DNA of 64,000 nucleotides from positions 38-64,037 of the forward strand of contig JAFXKH010000043.1 of assembly GCA_017531795.1 (NCBI GenBank), given 5' to 3'. Shown piece by piece: positions 63,404-64,000 of this stretch. Below the pieces are notes generated by a model. It was not told where the DNA came from. It ran no database searches and saw nothing but the letters and a program-made list of their open reading frames with translations. Every line of letters starts with the position of its first letter. Positions within the stretch are counted from its first letter, which is position 1. This stretch comes from Clostridia bacterium (GTDB lineage: Bacteria; Bacillota; Clostridia; Christensenellales; Pumilibacteraceae). The translations under genes were made by a program, and so were the position numbers.

Positions 63404-64000
63404 ATGGATGTTATACTTTACGCAGTAATACTCGTGGCTTATTTTGCCGTTATGATATTTATCGGAGTAAAAAGTCGCGCTTCTGCAAAAACAGTTGGTG
63501 GGTTCGTTCTTGGTGGAAGAAAGGCAGGGCCTTGGCTTTCAGCTTTTGCGTACGGAACGTCTTATTTTTCTGCTGTTATTTTTATTGGTTATGCCGGTCA
63601 ATTTGGTTGGAAATATGGTATTGCCGCAACTTGGATAGGTATAGGAAACGCAATTATAGGCTCTCTTCTCGCGTGGGCGTTACTTGGAAGAAGAACGCGC
63701 ATTATGGCGCAACAACTCGATTCTGCAACTATGCCCGATTTCTTTGGCAAACGATTTGGTGATAATAAACTTAAAATCGCCGCTTCAATTATTATATTTA
63801 TTTTCTTAATTCCGTATACCGCATCTCTCTATAAGGGCCTTGGCAGTCTTTTTGAAGTCGCGTTTGATATACCATACTTCGTTTGTATAATAATTATGGC
63901 TGTCGTAACCGCCGTGTACGTTCTGATTGGCGGATATATGGCTACCGCTTGGAACGATTTTATTCAAGGACTTATTATGCTCTTCGGTATAGTCGCTATA
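63404..64000 (+). CDS. Sodium:solute symporter (SSS) family transporter, N-terminal part (continues beyond window end)
   Basis: ATG at 63404 follows GAGG. The frame is open to the window end. MDVILYAVILVAYFAVMIFIGVKS....GGFVLGGRKAGPWLSAFAYGTSYFSAVIFIGYAG is the typical SSS N-terminus. It is absent from the ORF track because no stop lies in the window. Confidence 0.8.
   Translation, partial: MDVILYAVILVAYFAVMIFIGVKSRASAKTVGGFVLGGRKAGPWLSAFAYGTSYFSAVIFIGYAGQFGWKYGIAATWIGIGNAIIGSLLAWALLGRRTRIMAQQLDSATMPDFFGKRFGDNKLKIAASIIIFIFLIPYTASLYKGLGSLFEVAFDIPYFVCIIIMAVVTAVYVLIGGYMATAWNDFIQGLIMLFGIVAI

Noticed and set aside
63532-63762. 76-aa plus-strand ORF from the track near the window end.
   Set aside because: It is out of frame within the sodium:solute symporter CDS, which starts at 63404 and stays open to the window end.
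1-64000. Scan for CRISPR arrays, IS/transposase, integrase/recombinase, phage, toxin-antitoxin or restriction-modification genes.
   Set aside because: No regularly spaced direct repeats were found, and no ORF shows transposase, integrase or RM motifs. All intergenic regions are under 230 nt and are explained by promoters, terminators, leaders or the two tRNAs. The AbrB-fold gene is followed by an ABC transporter, not a toxin, so I did not call it an antitoxin.

Overview
This is an AT-rich, densely packed chromosomal segment that looks like a spore-forming Firmicutes (Clostridia-like) genome. It holds about 70 protein genes (mostly on the + strand, many with overlapping start/stop codons) and two single tRNA genes. 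I found no rRNA, CRISPR array, IS element, integrase or phage gene. The content is overwhelmingly core housekeeping, arranged in classic Firmicutes synteny blocks: (1) ppx-maf-mreB-like-minD(frameshifted)-minE-spoIVFB-like-rng; (2) comM-dprA-topA-trmFO-hslV-hslU-hisS-glyA; (3) Rrf2(IscR-like)-nifS-nifU, then ruvX-DUF1292, then rpsB-tsf; (4) pyrH-frr-uppS-cdsA-dxr-rseP-ispG-[496-aa PolC-like ORF]-rimP-nusA-ylxR-ylxQ-infB-rbfA-nrnA-truB-ribF-endoIV-like-pepP, then efp; (5) malQ-glgP and sigK. I do not see a self-contained multi-gene defence or mobile system. The unusual items are single genes or small cassettes: (a) a PolC-derived 496-aa protein in the exact polC synteny slot, with the N-terminal, OB and exonuclease-like folds but no polymerase or PHP part and with every exonuclease catalytic residue replaced; (b) a degraded cell-shape/division set: an MreB-like protein with substituted nucleotide-binding Asp residues, no mreCD, no minC, and minD broken by a 1-nt deletion in a T run; (c) a tandem-OB SSB-like protein; (d) a stand-alone GMP synthase ATP-pyrophosphatase subunit; (e) a small accessory stretch at 16.4-20.1 kb with an AbrB-like gene, an ABC-2 exporter, a 430-aa ferritin/rubrerythrin-like protein and a BofA-like membrane protein; (f) large secreted or anchored surface proteins at the left end. 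All functional calls come from by-eye motif and synteny recognition. No database search or folding computation was run.
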